Shown here in pieces: positions 26,144 to 41,824 of a stretch of DNA of 64,000 bases. Within the stretch, counting starts at the first letter, position 1. Every line of letters begins with the position of its first letter. Below the pieces are notes generated by a model. It searched no databases, had not been told where the DNA came from, and saw only the letters and a list, made by a program, of their open reading frames with translations. A program made the translations under genes and the position numbers. The DNA is from the human T2T-CHM13v2.0 reference genome, Homo sapiens: NCBI RefSeq assembly GCF_009914755.1, contig NC_060931.1. One strand, 5' to 3'.

Positions 26144-29099
26144 TCAGGAACTGCCTCCCTTAAGCTGGTACCGTTTGTACCAGGAAAACACTTGTTGAAT
26201 GAGTGAGTGAATGAATGCAGTTCCACAAGTGCTTGTCAGTTCCCCTTCTCGGCTTGGCAACCATGCGGAGAGGGGCAGTGTGAGGTATTAGTTTTTTGGT
26301 TTTTTTGTTTTGTTTGTTTTTTTCTTAAACACGGTCAATTTAGATCCAGTTTGCAGCCACTACATTGACCCATACCAGCCTTGACCAAGGTATTATACCT
26401 CTTTGAGTCTGGATTTCTTCATTCTTAAAATGGAGGCAACAAAAACATCTAGTTCACAGGTTTGTAAAAAATAAGACAATGTGTGTAAAGCATCTAACAA
26501 TTACATATATCCAAGTAGTTGCTCAGTGAATGTTCAAATTGTCTGGATGTTGGTAGTTGCTCAATAAGTGTTCAAAGTAGTGGATGACGTTTAAGGAGAG
26601 TGGCAAACTTCTGTCCTCCCAGAACCTGAAGTTGACATTCCAAGTTGGGGTATAGCAAGGGGAGAATGCCACTCTGAGCGGGAGAGCAAGAACAGCCACG
26701 TGATCTTTAAGCCAGGCCTGCTGGGCTTCAAGCTTCTCAGCTCTCTGGGCAGTTGATGTGCCTGAATGGTTTCCTGCTTTCCACAGATGCTTTACAAATG
26801 TTGCCCATCTCATGGGTCCTTAGGCCTGGATAAAATAGTAGGCAACTCCTCGTGCCCCCTCCCAAAAGGGAGGCATTTCACACAGGAAGGGTGGAGGAAT
26901 GGAAACCAGAACAGTCATGGAAGATTATGTGCCAGATTTCATTTTATCCTTAGTACAACGAGATCCACAAGAGCAGAGAATGGGAATGCAGTTAATTTCT
27001 ATATGTATCTGTAGACCAGTGCCTGCCACACATAGCGGTGGATGCTAAAAAACAAAAAATCTCTGGCAAACTGAAAGCTGCATATTAAAAAAACATTTTG
27101 TACATGGATGATCTATGAACGGATCTAAGATTATAATGAAATTAAGCATTAAAATTACCAGCTTTAATGTGCTTTTTTTCTGGGAGTTCCAGATGCACCA
27201 GAAAGGTACTTCCTGCATGATGCTATAGAAATACTGGGTCAGGGCAGACAGATTTTTAAGGACAGGAACCTGAAAGGGCAACCACTTATAAAGAATTGCT
27301 GCTGCCCTGGCCCCTGGGGTGCAAGCCGAGTCTTTTTCTCACTACAAGTTACACTTTGGGCATTGAAATAAAAATGTTTAATTAAAAAGACATATCTTTT
27401 AAACTTTGGGGATGGAGACAGAGGAGATTATAAGGAGGAAATGAGCATAAAATAAAAAGCAAGAACATAAAATCATAGAAGAAAACAAGATGTGGAGAAA
27501 TAAAGCTTAGTGATAATAAGGTATAGGAATCAGGGAAACATTGTCAGATGGGCAATGAAAAAAGTAAATTTGGTCAAGGGAAGACTATGTTGGGAACCAG
27601 TTTTCTTATGTCTCCACATTGGCATTTTAAAGGCCCCATTTAGAACTTCTAAATATTCCCCTTTTCCTCCTACTTGCTCTCCTACCCATAGAGTGACAGC
27701 TGAATGAGAAATCCATGACATTTATTTGTCATTTCCTTGAACTAGGTCACTTGATCACTGTATTGGAAAAGTGTCCTAGGGTCAAGTTCTAGAATCTGAC
27801 ATTTGTCTTGCTAAGCAGTTGCTCATTCCAAGAGAGGAACCTGCATAATTCCAGCACACTTCTTGGAAACCTAAAATGGGTGCAACAAAATATGTCTGTA
27901 ACATTCTACTTTCCAAAGCTCCAGCATTAACTTGACACTATATTATAATATATTCTTTTAGTCTGATGAGAACAAATGTAAATTGCTACTCTATTGCTCT
28001 TCACATTTTATCTTCTGTCTTTCCTGGAGCTGACCTTGTAATTTAAACTGTTCATGCTCCAATGAGTGTTCCTGAGGAACTCAGAGTTCATTATTAGGTC
28101 TAGTTATAGTGCATCATCAAGAACCACTCTGTTGCAGAGAGGCATGTCTCTTTAGAATGTAATTCCTGTTGTTGAGGGCTTACTGTGTCTTTAGTAGATA
28201 TTAGAGACACTTAAAATTCATATACTAAATCCCCATCCCCAAGGGCTTACAGTTTCATTGGACAGGCAGGGTAAGCTAGAAAAACATATATAGCAAAATA
28301 TGTGATTCAGAGAATAAGTACTAAAAGATTTCCAAAGGGAAGAGATGATGGCCAACGTGATTTAGTTTTCAGGGAATAGGTGAAATTTGGTCTAGGCCAT
28401 GCTGGAAGGCTAGATTTTGTTTTAATAGAAGGGAACATGGCAAAGGAAGTGTAATCAGGGAGCTATATATTTCTAAAAACCCTTGCTCAGTGCCTGGCAC
28501 ACAGTCGGTGCTAATATGAACACTTTAAGCCTCTTCAGATGAGGAAGGAAGGGAAGAAACAACTAATGTACGTTTTAGGAATAAGTGAATGGATTAAAGA
28601 GTGAATGAATGAGGTAACTAATGAGTGGAACAAGAAATGCCTAGACTACCCCATCTGAAGCCTGGCTTTCAGAGTTCCCCAAATCTAATTGGGCCAGAGC
28701 AGGCTTCTCCCCCAAGGGTACTTAGTTCCCCCTACTATGAAGGTGGCTTTAGGAATACTGGGAGGCAAAAATTCTACCTCTGGCCTCCTCTTTGGGCCAG
28801 AACTTGCTTTCCTCCAGCTTGCTTCTGTTGACTCCTTTTCAGAGGCCTGAACCTTCCTCTCACCTGCCCCCAGACACAGGAAGATTTGGGACCAATTCAG
28901 TTGGACACCGTTTGGTCAATCTCCTACCTCCATTATCTAGGGTGGGAACCTGGATGTATCACACAATGTATCCTCTGACTCCTAAGCTGTTCCCTCTACT
29001 CAACCTTGCCTTATGCTTCCTGGGGTCAGCGATCTGTTCCTGATACACTCAGCTCTTCTCTGTAGCTTCCACCCCTTCCCAGAAGACCCTTCTCCTATG

Positions 29100-31000
29100 A
29101 CAGGTTCATTCTCCCACAGCTCCACTCCCTCCCTCCCCAAGCCCTCTTTCTCCCTCCTGGAAAACTCCTCTGAACTCCTTTTTATCTCTGCTCTTTGTCA
29201 CTAGTGTCTTGTGCAGACTGCCCATTAGCTCCCCCTTGACCTCACCAGCATTGGCCCCAGTCCTTCCAGCTCCTACCAGTGCTAGGAATGACTTCAACAC
29301 TGAGCCTCTCAGCCCCTTGACATCCTCATCTCCAGGGACCTGCACTCCCACTTCATGTCATTGACCAATACTTACGGTCTCACCTTGCACCATATCATCA
29401 CCCCAGTCTGGCTTTGCCTCTGCATTTTAAAATTCAAACATCCAATCCTCTACTGTCTCCAAGTCTGTTTGGTATTCTGTCTTCATCCCAGGGCCTGTCA
29501 CTGCAACTCCCTCTGCCGGGATCTTTCCTTGCTTGGTCCGTCTGTCTCATCCACGTGGCAGAATGTTACTATCCAACTTTGGATCCGTACCCATGCTATT
29601 TACTGGAGTGCTGGAGAAATCCCACAACATAGAAGGCAGGAACCCTATGGATTCATAGTTTCCATTAGCAACTGGATCCCACATACTGCCTTCTACATTC
29701 TCCTAGTTCCATTCTCCCAAGAAGATACAGCAAATGTCCACTAGTCTCTTAAACCTGCTACCATGTTACCCACTCCCACTCCCCTAAACATGGCCTTGCC
29801 TCCTACTCAATGGAGAAACTGGGCACCATCAGAAGGAGCTGCCACATACCCTCAGACTCACCAAACAGTCTGCTTCTTACCCCAGTGTAAGCACTGAACA
29901 GGCAGGTGGGTGTATGGGTCTGAGACTGAGGAGAGCTGGCCTGTAGACACAGGTTTGGAAATCTTCAACAAAAAGACAATAATGAGATCACCCAGGGGAT
30001 GTGTGTGAGGTAAAAAGAGCCTAGTTTTTGAACTCTAGAGGACATCGATGTTTGTGAACAAGAGATATCTGTAAGGGAGACTGGAAAAGAGCAGCCAGAG
30101 AGATCACAAAACCCAGGAGCATGTGGGTCAGAGAAATCAATGGAAGGAAGTGGTCAGCTGACATGATAATGACTGGCGTGTCCTGTGAACCAGAAACATG
30201 GAGGTCTTTAACCATCTTTGTTAGAGCAGTTCTGTGCAGTATTAGATGAAGATGCCAGACTTCTGTTAACTTGAGTGTGACTGGAAAATCATTCTGTGGA
30301 AAGCACAAGGACTCCTAGAAGCCTCTGAGGAAGCAGAGATAGCAAGTATAAGGTACTCTGCCAAGGATGTCTATGCATGAAGGAAGGAGAGAGATCTAGT
30401 GGTTGCCTTGGGGAGATGCTGGTTTAGTGGAGAGTTCTAATGAAGATAACAGCCATGTCATTTGGGCATGCTTAAGACTGTAGAAAGGCAGCCAGAAGAG
30501 TGGAGAGATGACCAAGCAGCTAGTTAGTAGAGGGAGCACCATCCCCTGGAAGAGAGGTTGGCTGTGTCCAGAAGAGGGGCTCCTCCTTGTGATGGGGTGT
30601 CTTTTAGTCACCTGAAACCCCAAAGCCCAAGCCTGCTTTTCCTCCAGTCTCCTTACTCCAGCAAGTGGCATTACCATTCCCCCTATTCCTTTATCCAGGC
30701 AGTCATCCTGCTGATTCTGTCTCATTAATGGTCCTCAAATCAATTCATTGCTTTCCACCCTCAATGCCATGATCCACAGTCATTTTTCCCATGGTCTTCA
30801 GCAGCAGCTCTAACTGACCTCTTCGCATCTTCTCTTGTTGCCCATCAATCTTCCAGAGAGCTGTTTCCAATATACAAATCGAATCCTGTCACTCCTTGTT
30901 TTGAAAACCATTCACCACTTCCAAATCTGTTGACATGGCTAACTAGGCCTTCAGGATCTATGACACACACCCTCTTCCTGCCCCTTCTTCTCCAGCCTTG
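29100..31000. mobile_element. L2 fragments in both orientations; the last (+) fragment leads into the VNTR
   Basis: L2-like pyrimidine-rich ORF2/3' segments; caaatcgaatcctgtcactcc. Confidence 0.55.
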
Positions 31001-33320
31001 CCTCTCACCATTCCCCAGTGCCTCTCACCATTTCCCAGTGCCTCTCACCATTTCCCAGTGCCCCTCACCATTCCCCAGTGCCCCTCACCATTTCCCAGTG
31101 CCCCTCACCATTCCCCAGTGCCTCTCACCATTTCCCAGTGCCTCTCACCATTCCCCAGTGCCTCTCACCATTTCCCAGTGCCTCTCACCATTTCCCAGTG
31201 CCTCTCACCATTTCCCAGTGCCCCTCACCATTCCCCAGTGCCCCTCACCATTTCCCAGTGCCCCTCACCATTCCCCAGTGCCCCTCACCATTTCCCAGTG
31301 CCCCTCACCATTTCCCAGTGCTTCTCACCATTTCCCAGTGCCCCTCACCATTTCCCAGTGCCTCTCACCATTTCCCAGTGCCCCTCACCATTTCCCAGTG
31401 CTTCTCACCATTCCCCAGTGCCCCTCACCATTCCCCAGTGCCCCTCACCATTTCCCAGTGCCCCTCACCATTCCCCAGTGCCCCTCACCATTCCCCAGTG
31501 CCCCTCACCATTCCCCAGTGCCCCTCACCATTTCCCAGTGCTTCTCACCATTCCCCAGTGCCCCTCACCATTTCCCAGTGCCCCTCACCATTCCCCAGTG
31601 CCCCTCACCATTCCCCAGTGCCTCTCACCATTTCCCAGTGCCTCTCACCATTTCCCAGTGCCCCTCACCATTCCCCAGTGCTTCTCACCATTCCCCAGTG
31701 CCCCTCACCATTCCCCAGTGCCCCTCACCATTCCCCAGTGCCTCTCACCATTTCCCAGTGCCCCTCACCATTCCCCAGTGCCTCTCACCATTCCCCAGTG
31801 CCCCTCACCATTCCCCAGTGCCCCTCACCATTTCCCAGTGCCTCTCACCATTCCCCAGTGCCCCTCACCATTCCCCAGTGCCCCTCACCATTCCCCAGTG
31901 CTTCTCACCATTCCCCAGTGCCTCTCACCATTCCCCAGTGCCCCTCACCATTTCCCAGTGCCCCTCACCATTCCCCAGTGCCCCTCACCATTTCCCAGTG
32001 CCCCTCACCATTCCCCAGTGCTTCTCACCATTCCCCAGTGCTTCTCACCATTTCCCAGTGCCTCTCACCATTTCCCAGTGCCCCTCACCATTTCCCAGTG
32101 CTTCTCACCATTCCCCAGTGCCCCTCACCATTTCCCAGTGCCTCTCACCATTTCCCAGTGCCCCTCACCATTCCCCAGTGCCTCTCACCATTTCCCAGTG
32201 CCCCTCACCATTCCCCAGTGCCTCTCACCATTCCCCAGTGCCCCTCACCATTCCCCAGTGCCCCTCACCATTCCCCAGTGCTTCTCACCATTCCCCAGTG
32301 CCCCTCACCATTCCCCAGTGCTTCTCACCATTTCCCAGTGCCCCTCACCATTCCCCAGTGCTTCTCACCATTTCCCAGTGCTTCTCACCATTTCCCAGTG
32401 CCTCTCACCATTCCCCAGTGCCCCTCACCATTCCCCAGTGCCCCTCACCATTCCCCAGTGCCCCTCACCATTCCCCAGTGCCCCTCACCATTCCCCAGTG
32501 CCCCTCACCATTCCCCAGTGCCCCTCACCATTCCCCAGTGCCCCTCACCATTCCCCAGTGCCCCTCACCATTCCCCAGTGCCCCTCACCATTCCCCAGTG
32601 CCCCTCACCATTCCCCAGTGCCCCTCACCATTCCCCAGTGCCCCTCACCATTCCCCAGTGCCCCTCACCATTTCCCAGTGCCTCTCACCATTTCCCAGTG
32701 CCTCTCACCATTTCCCAGTGCCCCTCACCATTCCCCAGTGCCCCTCACCATTCCCCAGTGCCCCTCACCATTTCCCAGTGCCCCTCACCATTTCCCAGTG
32801 CCTCTCACCATTCCCCAGTGCCTCTCACCATTTCCCAGTGCCCCTCACCATTCCCCAGTGCCCCTCACCATTTCCCAGTGCCCTTCACCATTTCCCAGTG
32901 CCCCTCACCATTTCCCAGTGCCCCTCACCATTCCCCAGTGCTTCTCACCATTTCCCAGTGCCTCTCACCATTTCCCAGTGCCCCTCACCATTTCCCAGTG
33001 CCTCTCACCATTCCCCAGTGCTTCTCACCATTTCCCAGTGCCTCTCACCATTTCCCAGTGCCCCTCACCATTTCCCAGTGCCTCTCACCATTCCCCAGTG
33101 CTTCTCACCATTCCCCAGTGCTTCTCACCATTTCCCAGTGCCTCTCACCATTTCCCAGTGCCCCTCACCATTTCCCAGTGCCCCTCACCATTTCCCAGTG
33201 CTTCTCACCATTTCCCAGTGCTTCTCACCATTCCCCAGTGCCCCTCACCATTCCCCAGTGCCCCTCACCATTCCCTAGTGCCCTTCACAATTTCCCAGTG
33301 CCTCTCACCATTCCTCAGTG
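31001..33320. repeat. Minisatellite/VNTR, 20-bp unit CYYCTCACCATTYCCCAGTG, ~116 copies
   Basis: Exact 20-bp periodicity visible over 2320 bp. Confidence 0.98.
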
Positions 33321-33485
33321 CCCAATGCCCTCTCTTCCCTGGACATGCACATATATTGTTATCTTGGATGGCCACCCTTTTGTCCTGCCCAGGCCCTGCC
33401 AGTTCTCCTGGATGACTCTGGCTCAGTCTTCACATCTCACTTAGAACTCAGATCCTGCAGGAACTCTTCTCTTCCTGTAACCTAG

Positions 33486-33844
<359 letters not shown>

Positions 33845-33879
33845 TGATTTCTTGTTAGACTGTAAGCTTCTTGAGACTG

Positions 33880-34210
33880 TTATGGGGTGAGGAAAGTGGA
33901 ATTGGGCTGAGAGAAGTTGAACTTCAGTCCAATCCAATAGGGAACTCTGGAGCTAGGATGCCCCTTCAAACTCATTGCAAGTTGCAGTAAAGATCCCAAA
34001 CCTTTGACATTCACATCAACCTATTATCAGTGCTGACTGCTTCCAGTGAGCGGGAGTAACCGCGGGAAGGCAGCTCCCTTCAGCCAAGAGCAATTGCCAA
34101 AGAGGGACTGAGTTGGAAGCCCTCAGCCACCAACACCCCTGTCATGCTGAGGGGAGGAGGGCTTCAGACCTGAAGGAGGAATCTGGGTGGCCACCACAGC
34201 ATCTGCTACC
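33880..34210. mobile_element. Old ERVL-type LTR (LTR33-like)
   Basis: gaactctggagctaggatgcccc..ggaatctgggtggccaccacagcatc resembles LTR33. Confidence 0.45.
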
Positions 34211-37053
34211 AATACCTTTGGTGGCTCAGGGCCACCACATATACCATAGGTGCCTATTAAATCTTTGTTGGTTAATGATTGATTATGTGATTAAATGAAT
34301 TAATTAAATCACAGAAAACAAGTTTAATTACGTTAAATGACTCGAGATTTAGGGCCTTAAAGAAGGGTAAATGTTTTATTTAGAAATAAAAAACTAGTGA
34401 AGGTTCTTGAGCAAAACACTAATGGATTTTAAACAGGATTTGAGGAACATTGTGCAAGTAGATATGTTATGAGGGAGTAAATTTGTGACGTGGGTGGTGT
34501 GGATGGCTGAGATGACAGCAAGAATGTGGACGGGAAGAAATCCTAGGGGCTGGGAGGCTGCTGATTTAACAGGAAGGATGAGGTATGGCACACCTGTAAT
34601 ACAATGTTTAGAGCATGACAGGACAAATATGAGACCAGCTGAAAGGTTAACTCTGGAAAATATGTATAATTGTACTTGACCTCATTACTATTAATAGGTT
34701 CAAGCAAAGATTCTCCCATTTTGAATATATTAAGTAATAGATTAGATGTAAATTCCTTGAAGGCAATACTGCATCCCCAGTGCCTAGGGCAGTAGCTGCA
34801 CACACTACATGCATAGTACATTTGTTGAATAAATAAGTGAATCAAATCTTGACTGACAGAACTCTAATACAGATTCCTAATGATTAGGAAACAGATTGGT
34901 GTAAGTCTAGACCTTCAAAGTATTCACTGTACATTTCTAAACTATAGTTACTTTAGAGTAATCTTGCAGATATATTTTAAAACTAAGAGATTTAGTTGTT
35001 TTACTTACCAATCAGGCATTAATTCAATTCACCCGCCCGTCCACCCATTGCCATGAATCATGGTTTGTTCTTAGGAAATGAACCTTAAGGAAATAGCTGG
35101 AAACATTTCATTGCCATGGCAAGATGACCTGAAGCACACTCTGCTCAGCAATGCTGGAGTGGGTGAACTCCCTACTTTTACTTTTGCCAGCCAAGAACTC
35201 CCTGTTACTACAGTATCCAGTTTGTAGCAGGCAACAGATTAGGGAGGAGTTGCTGATAAGGAGTCTTTTGCTTTTAAAAGAAAACTAACTGACATGAATT
35301 CCAGCACCTGATTTTTGCACCTGAACTATGAACATTGTGTCTGGAGGAGTCAAGGCTGCTCTGACAAGAGCTGAAGTATAAAGTGCAGTGAAATTGCGCT
35401 CTAGCATTGGCATCTTGCTTGCAGAGCAGTGTACACCATGCTAGATTTCTAGCAGCTTTGGGAGGAATATGCCATGTGTGTTCTGTGCAGTCTCAGGAGG
35501 AATCAAAACAAGTGATTCCCAGTTGCCATTGGCCCTGAGTTAATGAGAGAATTGGAGGATAGAAGATAGAAAAAAAAAAAAGAGCTTATTCCCATCCTTT
35601 CTGGCCTACCCAAAATGGCTTCTTTTATGGATGCAATGGACAAAAGAGGAAGTGGCATCAGCTAAGCACACAGAGGAAGAAGTGGCATCAGCTAAGCACA
35701 CAGCCCAAAATTCCATGGTTGGTCCATGGACTTCCACCCATGTTTTGAGGGTTTCCACCTCTGGTTGGGGGTGACTGGGGTTGCGGGGCTGGGTAACGAT
35801 ATTAATGATATTTTAGGGCCAGTGTGCTTTTCCTCATCCTGAGCCTCTCTCAATACTCAGTTGTTCAATGTGTGGAAGTAAGAGAGGGTTAAGTTGGGCC
35901 TCTGGATTCCCCCAAAGAGATGCCACAATAATACCCCCCAGTGATTGTTTCAAATGATGTGTCTTGCTTTGTGCGATCAGCATTTAGTCACACTTGGATC
36001 TTAAACAGCCTTGAGAGCTAGTTGGAACTGCCCAATCTATGCTTATCATAGCACTGCAATTCACACGCAGACTTGGTGTTTGTTCTCCTTTCCTCATCTC
36101 TCATGAAAAAAAAAAAGCACAACTAGGACTGTAAGAACTGACACACAATTCCTTCAATGTCAGCTTCAAAGTTCTAATCTGCAATATTATTTTCTTCATG
36201 AGAATTAGACTTGCATGGAGAATCTGATGTTAGTTACTTTACATAATGCAGACAACCATGTAATACAAGATTCAGCCCTCCATAGCAATCCTGAACAGCC
36301 AGAGAATGCTTGGCTATCTTTGAAGCCCACTCCAGCCAAAGTGGGTAAACAATGAAATGATGGGATGCTAAACTTCCACTGTTCAGTGTGTTAAATGCAA
36401 ACGTTCAAAAAAATTAATTTGTCTCACTCCAACCTTATGTATTCTGAGTTTCTTTTCTGCTGTGACTATTTTGGACAAATGCATGCAATCCAGAAACCAT
36501 GGAGCAAATAAGACGATTAAAGGAGAAAGAGTATAGCGAGACCAGGGGACCAAGGACCTTAACAAAGGCAGCCCAGGGAATGAAGACATGATGGAGGGAG
36601 AGGAGGAAAGCTAAGGGATGGGCAGCTCATTGGAAGCTGGAGGCAGAGGTGACACTGATGTTTGGAGTCCCTCGTGTGGCTGGGTATGATGCCTCAGGGA
36701 AACTTCTCTGGAGCCCCAGAACAGGCCACTGCTGAACCCCAAGCCTGCATCATCCCTTCACCTAGTTTATTCACTGGGATTCCAGGCATAATTTTATTTT
36801 AAAGAGGGCAATGCTGCTATAAAAAATAAAGGCAAGCAAAATATCTAGGAAGCTTGCTTAAGATGCGCTTCATCAGCTCCTGTCCCTAGAGAATGAGTTT
36901 CAGGTGAGGTCTTTGTCTGCATTTCTAGCCAGAGGACTGTGATGCACACGGATCTTGACCACACCTTGCAAAATGCTGGCCTGAAAGGTGGTTTAAGGGT
37001 CATTACTCCAAAGGAATCAGTTCTGAGTGTTTGGAGGTCACACTTCTCACTAA

Positions 37054-37227
<174 letters not shown>

Positions 37228-37289
37228 TAACTTTTTGATCCTGTATTCCATTTTTTGAGGACAAATATTTTCTCATATTCCTCTATTAG

Positions 37290-37712
<423 letters not shown>

Positions 37713-40700
37713 CACCCCCCCCCTTTTTTTAGAGTCATATTTTGGAGGAATAGCTATTGAATGTCCATCATAATTCTGTTTTAGTAGTTTAAGATGAATC
37801 TTGGAAACAAGTCTTAAAATTTTTGCCAAGAGAATGAGGTAGGTAACAATAGAACATGTACTATTTATAAAACTTTATTAAGAGGTTACACAGATATATT
37901 ATTTTGGGATCTGTGGAGTTACACTATTTCAGAGCTGGTGTCATCTAACCCTTTTTTTGGAACCTGAAAGTGGGGGACAAAAGGAGTAATGACACGCTCA
38001 GTGGATACCCATAGGCCGCTGCCTCTCATCCCTGCAGCTCTGGCAACATTACAATTACCTAGGAGGCTCTGAGAAATGCTGGTGCCCAGATGTCACTCCA
38101 GGCGAATGCAATCAGAAAAGGATGGCATCTGTACCTTTTAGAAGTTTCTCAGGTGATTCTGCCAAGTGGGGAGCCTGAGATCCACAGCTTTAGGGAAAAG
38201 AGAAATGACCTCTTTGCTCATTCCTTATGATATGATAGATTTTTAACATATCTATCTAAAAGTAAATTTATCTTTACCCAAGGTCTGTACAGTAAAAGGA
38301 AAAGTTAATGAGGTAACAAATAATGCAGAATGTCTCTCTGATCACAAGTCAAAATGTGGAAGTGGGTTTCACACATCAAAGGTGGGACTTCGTTCCTGGC
38401 ACTGATCTCTATTTGAGCTCCTCTTTTGTAGCCTCTACAACAATTAGGTTAGCTCATGAATGCTAATGTATCCCACAGGGCACAGTAGATATACAGTATT
38501 GGCTAGAAAATGATTTGAAACTTTAACCTGGGATGCCAGAGGTTTGCCTCCCAGACCCCCGCTTGTCTCCTCTGCTCGGCCCCAGCTTGGCTGCAGCGCA
38601 GGCAACCTGAGCAGGACTCACCCTATCTCCCCTCTCCCTGGAAGAGAAACAGAAAGAGCGTGAAGATGATGGATGGAGGAAGGGAGAAGTGAATCAAGGT
38701 GCAAGAGTGAGAGCTGGTGAAGAGTCATGAAATATCTTGGAGAAAATTTTCTCAAATACCCTTTTTTCCTGGAGTTACTCAAACACAAGATGCATTTCTG
38801 GAGCCAGCCAAGAAACAGGCCCATGGAATTTTAAAAGTCAAGAAAACAAAAGAAATCCAGGCTTAGCCAGCCCATAGATTTGTGTATGGGCATGATACAA
38901 AGCATTAATGATACATTTGTTCTTTATGCCCCAAAATAAGAAGACTGATACACCATCAAGGAAAACCCCCAGAAAAGGGAAAAGCCTTACAATAGCAAAT
39001 AAAAACAGCCCTACAAAACTAGCCTTTACCAAGTTCTAGGGACTGTCTCAGGATATCACATATACTACCTTGTTTAATTCTCACAGGAGCCTACAAGATG
39101 CATCCTTTCATTATCCTCAATTTGTAGGAGAAAGAACTCAGAGAGGCTGAGGAAACTTGCTCAAGGTTATATCACTAGTTAGGGGTGGAGCTGGGGTATG
39201 AACTCAGGCCACTGTTCCTAACCCTTGACACTACACTGTCTTGTGAGATGGACAATTCATAAAAGATAACAACATGAGTTTTTTTCCCTGAAAAGCTAAA
39301 AATTGCTTCCTTGAAAATAAAGATGCTAAGAGCCCATGCTAAGAATCACAGCCCATCCTAAGAAAGTATGTTCGGTGCAATTGAGTGTGGCAAATTATGG
39401 GGATTAACTTGAATTCTCTTTATATATCACAAAGGAAGTCATTAGCAGACTTTGGAACTCTGTTGTTAGTAACAAATGGCTTACACCCCAGCTCACTGCA
39501 ACACCCCAGTGTGCTGTGATACCACCATGGCTGGGAACCATTGGCCTGGAAAACAGACCTAGGCAGAAAGATATTTATGTAACTGAGTTGAAGAAGGTAG
39601 CTGGAAGGTGCATCAAGCTAGACATTGGCAGTGTGTGTCAGGTGCTCCAGCTTAGGGCCTTCCTGGAAAATGGGCAGGAAAAATAGATGGTGACAAAGCA
39701 AACACATCAGTGTTGTGGGTGAGCCTGTAGAGATACGTTCTGGGGCATTCTGCTGCCTCCCAAGACTACATAAGTCCCAGGAGCCACAGCATTTGTTGCA
39801 TAAGATTAAATCACTCCAAGCTGAGAATTTCCCCCTTTAAAGGAATAAATGGCAAGCCATGGGGGAAAGAATGAGCCAACTCTTCTAGGACATGTGTGCC
39901 TCCACTTAGGCATTTTGGTCCCTTGACCCTCCAAGACATTGATGTGACTTTGGCCAAGTCACTGGTTGTTACCAGGAGGGGATGAAATACATGTTTCCCT
40001 AAATCCCTTCCAACTCAAAAAATATGGGATACTTTGAATAAAACGAGATTGGTACAAAATTCTGATTACCTTTGAGAATGTCTAGCTCTGATTGCTAGAT
40101 TTTCACTGCATATTTTCCTCTGGCCTTCAATTATCTCCCAATAATTTACCCCCAAATCTTTATTACTTCAAATGAATGGACTTTTCGTAGAGCCCTACTG
40201 CATCTCTAGTCCGCAGACACTAAGACATACATTAGCATTATTAAATTGTAAGCCAAAGACATATCTATATATCTAAATACTGTGTTTGCATACTTTCCCT
40301 GATCATTATGTACTTTTCCCCCATTCCATTACCACTTAAAATGCATTTTGTGATATTTCATTAAAGAGGCATAATTACATTAGAGAAGTTTGTTTTCAGA
40401 CATCAACATGTGCCTTTGGGTTACATTTCAAATTATGAAGATGGACTTAAAAGAGATAACACCATTTAGTGTGCTAATTACCACAAGATTCTCAAAGTGC
40501 GCCAGAGCTCTAGGTGCTTTTGCTGTTTAAGAAATGTGACTGTAAGAACTTCCACTTATAAAGCTTAGCATGCATTGACTACCTACTATGGATTGGGCTT
40601 GATATTGAGGATAGAGAAGAACAAAACAAGTCTAGCAGAGCAGGAAAGTGTGTGTGTAAATACGTTGTAGCTGCCACCCTCTGGAGTGGCTCTCCGTTTC

Positions 40701-41824
40701 ACCAAGAATCCCTTAGGCCCTCCCCAGCAGCACTCTTTCCCCTTCTATGCCCAGGAGCCTGCAGCACAATTGTGTTATGTGACATAGCCCTGAATGGATA
40801 CTGGCCCCTGCACAACCAGGCAACATTGTTTCTCCCAAGAATTTGAACCTTTAGCTAAGAGTTTTAATTTAGCCTGGGCAAGCCTGGTGAATGACAGACT
40901 CAAAACTGAAGATTATGGAGCAGCCACTTCTGCTTGTCATGTTGGCTGAGAAGTAGAAATATAGAAATAATCAGTGTGCAGAGTAGAGTGCAGCAGACAG
41001 TGAGAAACAAGGATGGGGGAGGAAGAGAGAATGAATCATTAGATGACTGAATGAATCCTGGAGAGCCTTGCTTCCCGTCAGCTGTTGGTTCCAGACCCTC
41101 CAGCCGCATTCCAACACCCCAGTGCTTGAGGCCCCCCTACATTTCCTTTTTTGTGGTTTTAGCCTTGATTTTTTTTTCTTTGCAACCAAGAGTTCCAACT
41201 AATAAATGAGTGTAATAACTTGTCATTGGCATTGTAATGGAAGTGGGTACAGAACAAATTTTAACCTATCTTACTTATACAAATAGAGTACAGATGTCAA
41301 TTGTACTTAATGATAAATAGGCCAATGACAACTCATTTTCGTTCTTAAATCCTTTCCACTATAAACATTTATACACAGCAACATTTGCAAGACATTGAGC
41401 CTTGGCAGTGAGTGTAACAAGACGCATAGCAATGGTGGGCAACCTTATTTTGATCAAGAGAAAATTAGGAAAAAGCAAAAATTACTTACAGGCTATATTT
41501 CTCTCTCATTCAAAATGGCTTTATTGTTGATCTTATGGGGAAAATTGTATTTTTGCAACTCAGGTGATTTATTTATTGAAGAGAAGAATGCCAACAAGAA
41601 AACTTTTTCGGCCTCTGAAAGATTATAACATGTTCCGGTTTAAGAATTTGAAACTTCAGACAGCTCTAATTGTCCATCTCTTATGTTTGGACTGCACCTT
41701 AATTTTCACCACACGAGTTCATCTGCATTAGCCCCAAGTATCATTCCATCCCCCCCACCAAAAAAAACTGGCCCATGAGGTATTATTATCCTCATTTAGA
41801 GGATATGGAGAAATTAAGTCTCTG

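Noticed and set aside
31001-33320. CRISPR-like array
   Set aside because: Head-to-tail repeats with no unique spacers, in eukaryotic DNA.
30930-33444. Three ~800-aa ORFs (FPSAPHHFPVPLTIPQCPSP repeats)
   Set aside because: Artefact of a stop-free 20-bp repeat that is open in all three plus frames; no promoter or splice context.
35111-35122. Palindrome TTGCCATGGCAA as an RFX site
   Set aside because: Terminal G/C of the X-box consensus is missing and there is no supporting context.
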